From an uncultured Rhodothermales bacterium (GTDB lineage: Bacteria; Bacteroidota; Rhodothermia; Rhodothermales; VXPQ01), in the NCBI GenBank assembly GCA_964608315.1, contig CAZSNF010000012.1:31718-95717 (forward strand): a stretch of DNA of 64,000 bases, written 5' to 3'. Each line of letters opens with the position of its first letter. Within the stretch, counting starts at the first letter, position 1. The notes under the pieces are model-generated. The model was not told the DNA's origin. It searched no databases and worked only from the letters and a program-made list of their open reading frames with translations. Below are positions 49,298 through 57,394 of this stretch, piece after piece. The position numbers and the translations under genes are program-made.

Positions 49298-50575
49298 ATG
49301 GATTTCAAGAAAGACGCCTACAAAGTCCTTAATCTGGACCTGGCCGACAACGGCCGTCGCGATATTGCATGGGCAGAAAGCCGCATGCCGGTGCTGATGC
49401 GTTTGCGCGAGCAGTACGCCAAAAGCAAGCCGTTCAAGGGGTACCGGATTTCCGGGTGTCTCCATGTCACCAAGGAGACCGCCGTGCTGGTCGAGACGTT
49501 CGCTGCATGCGGCGCGGATGTGGCGTGGTCGGGGTGCAACCCGCTCAGCACGAACGACGAGGTGGCCGCCGCCCTGGCGAAAGCAGGCATCGAAATTTAT
49601 GCATGGTACGGGCAAAGCGTAGAGGATTTCTACTGGAGCATCGACCGTACGCTGGGCAAACCGCCTCATCTCACGCTGGACGACGGCGCCGACCTGATTT
49701 TCCGGGTGCATAGCGCGTTTCCGGCGCTGGCCGAGCATATCATTGGGGGCAGCGAGGAGACGACGACAGGCTTGCATCGCTTGCGGGCCATGGCCGCCGA
49801 CGGGAAACTGCTGTACCCCGTATACGCCGTCAACGATGTGGAAACCAAGTGGGATTTCGACAATGTCTACGGCACCGGTCAAAGTACGCTGGACGGCATT
49901 CTGCGCGCTTCGTCCATCCTCGTGGCGGGCAAGAATTTCGTCGTGGCGGGGTACGGGCACTGCGGGCGCGGCGTAGCGATGCGGGCGAAGGGGCTGGGAG
50001 CCAACGTGATCGTAACGGAAGTGCATCCCACCGCTGCGCTCAAGGCCACGCTGGAGGGCTGTCGCGTGATGACGATGGACGAGGCCGCCGCCGCAGGGGA
50101 TGTGTTCGTGACGGCTACGGGCATGAAGGATGTGATTCGCGGACGGCACTTTGCGGCCATGAAGGAAGGCGCCGTGGTGTGCAACACCGGGCACTACGAC
50201 GTGGAGCTGAACCTTGAGGAACTGGCCGAATTAGCCGAAGACACGTTTCAGGTTCGGGAAAACAACCGGGCCTATCTGCTGAAAGGCGGCAGGAAAATTT
50301 ATGTGCTTGCGGACGGTCGCCTGGTCAATCTGGCCGCCGCCGAGGGGCATCCCTCCGAAGTGATGGATATGAGCTTCGCCAATCAGTTCAATGCGCACCT
50401 CAAACTGGTGCAGGCGCATGAGCGAGGGGAGTCCCTGGAGAATACGGTTATCGACTTGCCCAAAGCGCTGGATCAGGAGATCGCCTCCGTCAAGCTGGAG
50501 ACGATGGGCATTTCGATAGACCGCCTTACCGACGAGCAGACGACGTACGCCACCGATTATTCCGCCGGGACATAG
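49298..50575 (+). CDS. ahcY: adenosylhomocysteinase
   Basis: ORF 49286 (TTG)..50575; ATG at 49298 (MDFKKDAYKVLNLDLADNGRRDIAWAE...). The NAD-binding motif VAGYGHCGRGVA is present. Confidence 0.95.
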   Translation: MDFKKDAYKVLNLDLADNGRRDIAWAESRMPVLMRLREQYAKSKPFKGYRISGCLHVTKETAVLVETFAACGADVAWSGCNPLSTNDEVAAALAKAGIEIYAWYGQSVEDFYWSIDRTLGKPPHLTLDDGADLIFRVHSAFPALAEHIIGGSEETTTGLHRLRAMAADGKLLYPVYAVNDVETKWDFDNVYGTGQSTLDGILRASSILVAGKNFVVAGYGHCGRGVAMRAKGLGANVIVTEVHPTAALKATLEGCRVMTMDEAAAAGDVFVTATGMKDVIRGRHFAAMKEGAVVCNTGHYDVELNLEELAELAEDTFQVRENNRAYLLKGGRKIYVLADGRLVNLAAAEGHPSEVMDMSFANQFNAHLKLVQAHERGESLENTVIDLPKALDQEIASVKLETMGISIDRLTDEQTTYATDYSAGT

Positions 50576-50630
50576 CGGGGAGGCGGGCCGGATCGCGCAA
50601 GGCCGGGTTTCGGAGGGGCTCCGGCGGGAT

Positions 50631-50978
50631 TTAGCCCGCATCCCAGGTGAGAATGTCTTCCTCCGATTTTTCCTTGCTTTCCCACTCCTCGGCGTCCGGG
50701 AGCGTATCCTCTTTCTCGGTGATGTTGTATCCGAGGTCGCGCCATTCGTTGGCGAGATGCTCGTTCCATTCGCGGTAGTGGGACCATTCTTCGGGCAATT
50801 CGTCGTCCGCGAAAATCGCTTCGGTAGGGCAAACCGGTACGCACGCATTGCAGTCGATGCATTCTTCCGGATGGATGACCAGGAAATTCGGCCCCTGATA
50901 AAAGCAATCGACAGGACACACCTCAACGCAATCGGTGTATCGGCAGTTGATGCACGGTTCTGCAACGACGTACGGCAT
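50631..50978 (-). CDS. ferredoxin (FdxA-type, 3Fe-4S/4Fe-4S) with an acidic C-terminal tail
   Basis: ORF begins [27 protein letters not shown] and contains [12 protein letters not shown]. Confidence 0.9.
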   Translation of the reverse strand: MPYVVAEPCINCRYTDCVEVCPVDCFYQGPNFLVIHPEECIDCNACVPVCPTEAIFADDELPEEWSHYREWNEHLANEWRDLGYNITEKEDTLPDAEEWESKEKSEEDILTWDAG

Positions 50979-51095
50979 ATCGAAGCGATAATAAATGTGA
51001 CGGAAAAGAGGGATTACGGAAAGCCCCTGTACGAACAGGTACGAAGATACGGCATATCGGGCGGTTCAGACAAGCGCGCCGGGAAATTCGCATAG

Positions 51096-51258
51096 GGATA
51101 CTCTGATTAAATGTGCAAAGTTCAGAGGCTGCGAGGGGCGCTACACGTCCGCCATGCCCCGAATCCGTAGCGTTTACCGCTGATTTCAACGACGCCAGCA
51201 CAATGTCCTGCACACACGAACGCGAAGCGCTGATCGAAGTAGAATTGATCAGAGTATC
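51096..51258. repeat. PE family, internally deleted copy (about 163 bp)
   Basis: It has GGATACTCTGATTAAATGTGCAAAGTTCAGAGGCTGCGAGGGGCGCT fused to ...ACACGTCCGCCATGCC... and ends GAATTGATCAGAGTATC. It lacks the central ATGTGG/CCACAT module. Confidence 0.8.
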
Positions 51259-51272
51259 ACTATATACTATGG

Positions 51273-51289
51273 ATTTAATCAGCGTATTC
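51273..51289. repeat. PE family, solo terminal repeat
   Basis: ATTTAATCAGCGTATTC directly abuts the ruvB stop codon (51292-51294). Confidence 0.55.
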
Positions 51290-51291
51290 TT

Positions 51292-52329
51292 TTATTCGAA
51301 CAGGGGCTGCGCGTTGCCGGGCGGCTGTACGCCGAGGTGTTTGTAGGCCCGCTCCGTGGCGATGCGCCCCCGGGGCGTTCGCTCCAGGAAGGCTTCCTGG
51401 ATGAGGTACGGTTCGTAGACTTCCTCGATGGTGCCGGCGTCTTCCCCGACGGACACGGAAAGATTATTCAATCCCGTGGGGCCGCCCCCGAATTTTTCGA
51501 TCAGGGTCATGAGGATGCGGGCGTCCATGTCGTCCAGGCCATGTTCGTCGACGTCGAGGGCGTTCAGGGAGCGGTCCGCCGCTTTCTGGTCGATGACGCC
51601 CTCCCCTTCCACTTCGGCGAAATCTCTTGCTCGTCGAAGCAGCCTGTTGGCGATGCGCGGCGTGCCCCGGCTTCGCCGCGCGATTTCCAGGGCGCCTTCG
51701 TCCGTAATTTCTATGCCGAGAATGCTCGCCGAGCGGACGACGATGCGCCTCAGGAGCGCCGCCGTGTAGTAATCGTACCGGAAGTCGATCCCGAATCGCG
51801 CCCGCAGGGGGGCCGTGAGCAGTCCCTTCCGGGTGGTGGCGCCAATCAGCGTGAACGCGGGAATGGCCAGTTTGACGCTTCGCGCGCTGGGTCCCGAATC
51901 GATTACGATGTCGATCCGGTAATCTTCCATGGCGGAATACAGGTATTCCTCCACTACCGGGCTGAGCCGGTGAATTTCGTCCACGAAGAGAATGTCTCCC
52001 TCTTCGAGGTTCGTCAGAATCCCGGCGATGTTCGCCGGTTTTTCCAGCACCGGCCCGCTGGTGGTGCGGATGTTGGCGCCCATTTCTTCCGCAATGATGT
52101 ACGCCAGCGTCGTTTTGCCCAATCCCGGCGGACCGGAAAGCAACACATGGTCCAGCGTTTCGCTGCGCCGCTGCGCCGCCGTCATGAAAACGCGCAGGTT
52201 GTCCTTGATTTTTTCCTGCCCGATGAAGTCGTCCAGCTGGCGGGGCCGCAGCGCTTTTTCGATGTCTTCTTCGGAATGCCGGGGCTGCGGCGAAAGGTTT
52301 TCGGGATGTTCGGGACGGTTCATGCGCAT
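51292..52329 (-). CDS. ruvB: Holliday junction branch migration helicase RuvB
   Basis: ORF 51292..52344 (TTG start); ATGs at 52329 and 52323. Motifs [12 protein letters not shown], Walker [10 protein letters not shown], and LFVDEIHRL. Confidence 0.93.
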   Translation of the reverse strand: MRMNRPEHPENLSPQPRHSEEDIEKALRPRQLDDFIGQEKIKDNLRVFMTAAQRRSETLDHVLLSGPPGLGKTTLAYIIAEEMGANIRTTSGPVLEKPANIAGILTNLEEGDILFVDEIHRLSPVVEEYLYSAMEDYRIDIVIDSGPSARSVKLAIPAFTLIGATTRKGLLTAPLRARFGIDFRYDYYTAALLRRIVVRSASILGIEITDEGALEIARRSRGTPRIANRLLRRARDFAEVEGEGVIDQKAADRSLNALDVDEHGLDDMDARILMTLIEKFGGGPTGLNNLSVSVGEDAGTIEEVYEPYLIQEAFLERTPRGRIATERAYKHLGVQPPGNAQPLFE

Positions 52330-52417
52330 TCCTGAGGATAACAACGGCGCCTGTCGCGGATCGTATCGCCAAGATACGGTTTCGGGATATCAGGTATGCT
52401 TGCGGCGCGAAAAAATT

Positions 52418-52432
52418 TGGCACTATATTTGA
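52418..52432 (+). promoter_or_regulatory. sigma-54-like -24/-12 element upstream of rpoN (weak candidate)
   Basis: TGGCAC-TATAT-TTGA compared with the consensus TGGCAC-N5-TTGC. The -12 GC is replaced by GA. It lies 115 nt upstream of the rpoN ATG. Confidence 0.25.
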
Positions 52433-52546
52433 GGACATGATATATTGTCCGGGAAGGACGGACAGATATTAAGGTAACGGGTTTTCTCTCCAGCAAACCC
52501 ATTCGAAGCGTTTTATACGTCCTGCGTCCGATCAGAGTATCCCATC

Positions 52547-54016
52547 ATGCTGAATCTCCAGCAAACACAGCGGCTCCAGCAGAAACTGTCTCCTCAGCAG
52601 ATACAGTATATCCAGTTGCTGCAATTGCCTACGCTTGCGCTCGAACAGCGCATCGAGGCGGAGCTGGAAGAAAATCCCTTGCTGGAGGACGCGACCACCG
52701 AGGAGCCTGACCGCCTCGAAGATATTGCAGAGGAGCCCGCCGACGCGGAAACCGAACTGGATCCGGACGAGGAATACGACTGGGGCGAACTCCTCGACAA
52801 TACCGAGGATCTGTACGGCTACAAGGCGCGCGTCGACTACGGCCGGGACGAGGACCGGGAAGCGCCTGTTGCGGCCACCGGGACGCTAACCGAGCACCTG
52901 CGGGACCAGCTGGCGTTGCAGGACCTCACGGAGCAGGAGGAAATCATTGCCGAGCAGATTATCGGCTCCATCGACGAGGACGGATACCTGCGCCGCCCCC
53001 TCGAATCCATTGTGGACGATATTTCTTTCAATGTGGGGTTCGCGCCCTCCCTTTCGGAAATCGAGGAGGTGCTGGCGCGCATTCAGCGCCTGGACCCGAT
53101 AGGGATCGCCGCCCGCGATCTTCAGGAATGCCTGCTGGCGCAGCTTCGCGCCATGCCGCCCGCCACCGAGGGCCGCGACGTGGCGATTCGCATGCTTTCG
53201 GAGACGTACAAGGCGTTCACCATGAAGCATTTCGATGCGATTCAGAAGAAGTTGCGCGTCGCCAGCGAGGAACTTCGGGAAGCGTTCGACCTGATTCGCT
53301 TCCGGCTCGATCCGAAACCGGGCGAAGGGCAGTTCACGCCCCGGCAGAATTACATCACGCCGGATTTCACCGTGGAATGCATCGACGACGAGTTCATTGT
53401 CACGCTCAACGGACGCAATGCGCCGTCGCTGCACATTTCGCGACCGTATCGGCAGATGCTCGAAAGCATGCAGGCTCGCAAGTCGGGACGGCCCGGCGCG
53501 TCTTCCGTAGACGCCGACACGCGCAAGTTTCTCAAGAACAAGTTCGAATCGGCGAAGTGGTTCATCCAGTCCATCAGCCAGCGCCGTCACACGATGACCC
53601 TGGTGATGCACGCCATCATCCGCTTGCAGGAGGATTTCTTCCGGTATGGGGAGGGGCGCCTGAAGCCCATGATCCTGAACGATGTGGCGGAAATCGTCGA
53701 AATGGATATATCGACGGTCAGCCGGGTGGTCAATGGAAAATACGTGCAGACCCGGTTCGGGGTGTACGAGTTAAAATATTTCTTTTCCGAAGGTATTCGG
53801 AGCGCCGCCGGAGAGGATGTGTCCAACAAGGAAATCAAGGCGATCCTCGAAGGGATCATCAATGAAGAAAACAAGGCGAAACCCTTGTCCGATCAGCGTC
53901 TGGTGGGGTCTCTGACGGAACAGGGATTCAGGATTGCGCGGCGGACCGTCACGAAGTACCGCGAGCAACTCGGCATACCCGCCGCCCGCCTGAGGAAGGA
54001 GATTGTGGCGGGGTGA
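52547..54016 (+). CDS. rpoN: RNA polymerase sigma-54 factor
   Basis: ORF begins MLNLQQTQRLQQKLSPQQIQYIQLLQLPTLALEQRIEAELEENPLLE and has the RpoN box ARRTVTKYREQLGIP near the C-terminus. Confidence 0.95.
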   Translation: MLNLQQTQRLQQKLSPQQIQYIQLLQLPTLALEQRIEAELEENPLLEDATTEEPDRLEDIAEEPADAETELDPDEEYDWGELLDNTEDLYGYKARVDYGRDEDREAPVAATGTLTEHLRDQLALQDLTEQEEIIAEQIIGSIDEDGYLRRPLESIVDDISFNVGFAPSLSEIEEVLARIQRLDPIGIAARDLQECLLAQLRAMPPATEGRDVAIRMLSETYKAFTMKHFDAIQKKLRVASEELREAFDLIRFRLDPKPGEGQFTPRQNYITPDFTVECIDDEFIVTLNGRNAPSLHISRPYRQMLESMQARKSGRPGASSVDADTRKFLKNKFESAKWFIQSISQRRHTMTLVMHAIIRLQEDFFRYGEGRLKPMILNDVAEIVEMDISTVSRVVNGKYVQTRFGVYELKYFFSEGIRSAAGEDVSNKEIKAILEGIINEENKAKPLSDQRLVGSLTEQGFRIARRTVTKYREQLGIPAARLRKEIVAG

Positions 54017-54046
54017 GGTCAGGGGGCGTGCGCTCCGTGCCGTACG

Positions 54047-54379
54047 TCAGGCGGCCTGGACCACTTGTACCTTGATGCGCAAGTCTTTGTGCTCCTGCAA
54101 GCGTCCAATAACTCCCAGCAGATTGCTGGCCTGAGGATTGCTTTCCGGGCCGAACATGTGGATTAAACTACTCGACCGTTTTGCGGTCAGTTCGCCCAAT
54201 TCCCGAAAGCCGATGGTGGCGTCGATGTAATCGCGGAGCAGAATCTTGCCGGTACCCACTTCCCCTGCAAGAAGGCACTCGATTCCCTCCTTGAGCAATT
54301 CCTCGCCGAATTCCGGATCGCGCTTGATGCGCGCCCGGATCGTTTCCTTGACGTCTCGTGTCAGGGGCATGGTTTTCAA
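54047..54379 (-). CDS. addiction-module antidote protein (HigA/XRE-like antitoxin)
   Basis: About 107-110 aa; the start is TTG 54379 or ATG 54370 (MPLTRDVKETIRARI...). It lies immediately downstream of a RelE/ParE-type killer gene, which is the typical pairing. Confidence 0.75.
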   Translation of the reverse strand: MKTMPLTRDVKETIRARIKRDPEFGEELLKEGIECLLAGEVGTGKILLRDYIDATIGFRELGELTAKRSSSLIHMFGPESNPQASNLLGVIGRLQEHKDLRIKVQVVQAA

Positions 54380-54716
54380 GCCTTGTTTTTTTGAGTTGCT
54401 TGTATTCTTCCCAGAGATCGTGTGCGGCCTCTATGTCTTTTTGCTGATGTTTCTTGGTTCCGCCGCCCAAAAGGATGATAAGGTCATCGCCGTCCTTGCC
54501 GAAATATATCCGGTAACCAGGGCCGGAGTGTATTCGACGTTCGTAGACACCTCTGCCTACGCCTTGGACTTCAGAGAAGTTGCCCTGTTCCATTCGGGCC
54601 CGCACCGTTGCCACCTTGGTTGCAGCCTGAGGGTCAAGCTGATCAAACCACTCGGCGAACGGGCTGCGGTCGTTAGCGGTAATATATTCCCGAATCACAA
54701 TCTGTTTTTGAATCAT
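54168..54716 (-). CDS. RelE/ParE-superfamily addiction-module killer protein, reading frame abnormally extended (possible frameshift)
   Basis: ATG at 54716: MIQKQIVIREYITANDRSPFAEWFDQLD...GPGYRIYFGKDGDDLIILLGGGTKKHQQKDIEAAHDLWEEYKQ. The family is normally about 100 aa. Here the frame runs 183 aa and overlaps the antitoxin gene by 212 nt. Confidence 0.7.
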   Translation of the reverse strand: MIQKQIVIREYITANDRSPFAEWFDQLDPQAATKVATVRARMEQGNFSEVQGVGRGVYERRIHSGPGYRIYFGKDGDDLIILLGGGTKKHQQKDIEAAHDLWEEYKQLKKTRLENHAPDTRRQGNDPGAHQARSGIRRGIAQGGNRVPSCRGSGYRQDSAPRLHRRHHRLSGIGRTDRKTVE

Positions 54717-54736
54717 TCTGAAAAGCAGAAACTTTT

Positions 54737-56407
54737 TTAAAAAAGGAATTGCACCACGCCAGCCTCCTTCAAGTCCAAATAAGTAACCTCTTCCACAACC
54801 GCCTTGTCCAGACCCTCCATCGGATCGGCGAGATGCTTTATGCGCTGGCCGAGGGCGATGATCGTACGGCGTGCGGGCAACGGCATGGCGCGGAATTCGG
54901 TTGCGCTTACCTGGGTATTGCCGCTGATTGTCCGAAACCAGGCGTCGAGCAGTCGGCTGTTGCAAAGCGCCGCAAGGCCCCAGGCTTCGTCCTCCGAGAG
55001 CGTACCGCCGGGGCGGTGCACATAGTTGAGATGATTCTCGAACCCGACCTGCGGCGCGTCGAATCTTTCGGCGATGTAGGGGGCCGCCGTCAACCGACGC
55101 GCTTCTTCTTTCGCGCTGAAGCGGCGCAGGAGCACGTAATTTCTGTTTGGAACAAGAAGTTTTTGGGCGCCCGCGCGTTGAATATATTCCGGCTTGCGGC
55201 AAGACAGGGGCCATGTGGTTTGCATGGCCCGTACATGGTTCATCCATAGCAGAGGCGCGTGGCTCTCCGGCACATTGCCTTCCTTGCCGATGCGTTCCGT
55301 TGCCCGAAACGGCACCACAGGTCCCGTAGAAATATTCAGGCCAAGATGTTGAAGATTGTTCGGCCAGGAATCCATCAGGGCCAGTGCTTCCTCTTCCTCG
55401 TCCCGAACGGGCAAGCGGAGCGCCTTGTTCTCTGAGGCTAAATCAAGCGCCGTGCTCATCGCCACCTCGCGCTTGTCGGATTCGCTCAGGTCGAGGATTC
55501 CCCGACTCGACGAAATAACAAGCGGCGCACTGCACTCGCTTTGACGCGAATGATCCTGGCGGACGCCAGAGACAATAACATTTTCCTGCAGCACCTCATC
55601 CCGGCTGAAGGCGTCGCGTCGCGATCCGAACACATGAATGTCCGTTGGGCGAATCATGCCGAAAAACACCTCGCGAAACCGCCGAAAATATGAACCGGAA
55701 GTAAAACTTCGGGGGGTAATGAAGATGAAATCCCCCTGTTCGCGCAACAGGGCGGCGGCGATCGCCATGAAGAGTGCGTAGATGTTCGGCTGGCCGTGAA
55801 CCACGGCGGAGGCCGCCCGCGCGCGCGGGTCGGCTTTTCCGATCTTGAAGTAAGGAGGATTGGAAACAACGATGTGGAAGCGTTCGATCTCCGCCCGGGA
55901 AGGAAAGAGTTGGCCGAGCGTACACAGCGTTTCAGCGTGCGCCATGACGAAATCGGTTGCCTCGATCCGAACAGCGACCGTTATTCCATAATTGCGACAC
56001 CAGTTCGCAAGATAGTCGAGGACGGTCCGCAACGGCGCAATCAGGTTTTGATCGACTTCATGGGCGACCAGTTCGATCCTGTCCGGTTTTGGGTCGCGGG
56101 AGGCAAGCGCCTCTATGGTCGCACAGCAGAGAACGCCGGCGCCGGCGGCGGGATCAAGGATGCGGAGCCCCGGTCCATCCGCTTTGATTCGCGCCGCCAT
56201 AAAATCGGCCACCGGGACCGGCGTGAGATACAGGCCATGCGCCTTGCGGTGCTTGTCGGAGACGCTTTCGACGTACCATGCGCCGACGCGGTCTGCATAG
56301 ACAGCGGGTCGCTCTCCCTGGCGAGGAACGGGCATTGCAGGGGGCGCAGGCCGGGGCGCGCTACGTACGCGTGGCCGCACTATTTCTTTTTGAACCGTTG
56401 CCCTCAT
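54737..56407 (-). CDS. gamma-class N6-adenine DNA methyltransferase (Eco57I/TaqI-like), no cognate nuclease adjacent
   Basis: Motif I is ILDPAAGAGVL and motif IV is SNPPYFK. The C-terminal half is TRD-like. ORF 54737..56548 has a TTG start; ATGs lie at 56407 and 56335, so the start is uncertain. Confidence 0.85.
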   Translation of the reverse strand: MRATVQKEIVRPRVRSAPRPAPPAMPVPRQGERPAVYADRVGAWYVESVSDKHRKAHGLYLTPVPVADFMAARIKADGPGLRILDPAAGAGVLCCATIEALASRDPKPDRIELVAHEVDQNLIAPLRTVLDYLANWCRNYGITVAVRIEATDFVMAHAETLCTLGQLFPSRAEIERFHIVVSNPPYFKIGKADPRARAASAVVHGQPNIYALFMAIAAALLREQGDFIFITPRSFTSGSYFRRFREVFFGMIRPTDIHVFGSRRDAFSRDEVLQENVIVSGVRQDHSRQSECSAPLVISSSRGILDLSESDKREVAMSTALDLASENKALRLPVRDEEEEALALMDSWPNNLQHLGLNISTGPVVPFRATERIGKEGNVPESHAPLLWMNHVRAMQTTWPLSCRKPEYIQRAGAQKLLVPNRNYVLLRRFSAKEEARRLTAAPYIAERFDAPQVGFENHLNYVHRPGGTLSEDEAWGLAALCNSRLLDAWFRTISGNTQVSATEFRAMPLPARRTIIALGQRIKHLADPMEGLDKAVVEEVTYLDLKEAGVVQFLF

Positions 56408-56553
56408 CCGTTCGCGCGCTACGGGATGGATCGTTCCTGCGAGAAAATAGTCAACCGCCCCGACATATCGGCGTTCCTTGCCAGTCAAAGAGAAAATTCT
56501 GTTCCCTTGCCCGCGCCGGGGCTTCCGTATATTTCCCGAGGCTGCCAAGGCCG

Positions 56554-56657
56554 TAAGGATACTCTGATCAAAACCGCTTCGCTCAGCGCGTCACATTCCT
56601 TGCCAGCGCGCCCCTCGCAGCCTCTGAACTTGCCAGATTTAATCAGAGCATCCTTAA
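56554..56657. repeat. PE family, short (104 bp) copy
   Basis: TAAGGATACTCTGATCAAAACCGCTTCGCTCAGCGCGTCACATTCCTTGCCAGCGCGCCCCTCGCAGCCTCTGAACTTGCCAGATTTAATCAGAGCATCCTTAA. Confidence 0.85.
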
Positions 56658-57067
56658 TCTCCGCAAAAAATGCGGTGAATAAAATGAATCGTGCTTATAT
56701 CCGCAAAAAATGCGGTGAATAAATCTGACCCGCGCCTGTTTCCGCAGAGAACATTGTCCAGGCAACCCGAATCGTCTTATTCGCCGCAAAAAATGCGGTG
56801 AATAACGATGACGGGGTAAAAAAGAAGGTTTTTGCTTCATTTTCGCCCGGATGGTTCGGGCCCACGGCGGGGTAATTCGTCTAATCGCCGCATAAAATGC
56901 GGAGAATCAATTTGAATTACGCCTGTCTCCGCAGAAAACATTGTCCAAGCGGCCCGAATAAAAATCGTGGATGCAGTAGGATTTTGGGATTCTGCTGGCT
57001 CATATGGTTCGGGAGCATGGCGGAACGATGCTCTCGAATCTATTCACCGCAAAAAATGCGGAGAATA
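56655..57067. repeat. cluster of five 27-bp palindromic repeats (R27) with irregular spacing
   Basis: Copies R1 56655-56681, R2 56695-56721, R3 56778-56804, R4 56882-56908 and R5 57041-57067. Consensus: T(A/T)(A/T)TC-N-CCGCA-(A/T)AAAA-TGCGG-N-GAAT(A/C). R5 reads TATTCACCGCA-AAAAA-TGCGGAGAATA, with 10 of 11 arm positions complementary. Confidence 0.85.
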
Positions 57068-57394
57068 GGGGTGGTTGGGGGCAAGGGGGTGGTTTTGGCT
57101 GCGTTCGCGGTGGTGGCGTTTTGGCCGGGAACCCGCCGTCAACGACCGTGTACGCTTCAAGCGGTTGTCTTTGGAGGGCCATTGATGTCCTGGACAGCAA
57201 GATGGGTGGCTGGATTCTTCACGCCACGCTGGACATTGACTGGCGTAAAAGGCTGCGACAGGGAACCGATGCGCGATGAGGAGCAGTGCCTTGGTTCTTA
57301 AAAAGCGATGTTTGTACGGGCGAACGCCATATAGCCCACATTTTACCAATGCCGAGAAGCAAGCGGCCCCGGACTTGAAGAAGGACAGACAGCG

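Noticed and set aside
56655-57067. Possible CRISPR array, because of 27-bp palindromic repeats with an A-rich loop.
   Set aside because: Spacer lengths are 13, 56, 77 and 132 nt, which is not the regular 30-40 nt. Two of the spacers are homologous to each other. The repeats vary at several positions, and no cas genes are in the window. It is reported as an unexplained palindromic repeat cluster instead.
57067-57100. G-rich tract GGGGTGGTTGGGGGCAAGGGGGTGGTTTTGG as a G-quadruplex.
   Set aside because: Only three runs of three or more G are present, so it does not meet the canonical four-run G3+ motif. At best it is a weak two-tetrad candidate.
57056-57301. 81-codon ORF (MRRIGVVGGKGVVLAAFAVVAFWPG...) just upstream of the PHP-ATPase gene, possibly a small membrane component of the system.
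   Set aside because: Its ATG is the ATGCGG inside palindromic repeat R5, and the same ATG in R1-R3 is followed immediately by a stop. There is no SD-like sequence, only one short hydrophobic stretch, and no recognisable family. I cannot support it from sequence alone.
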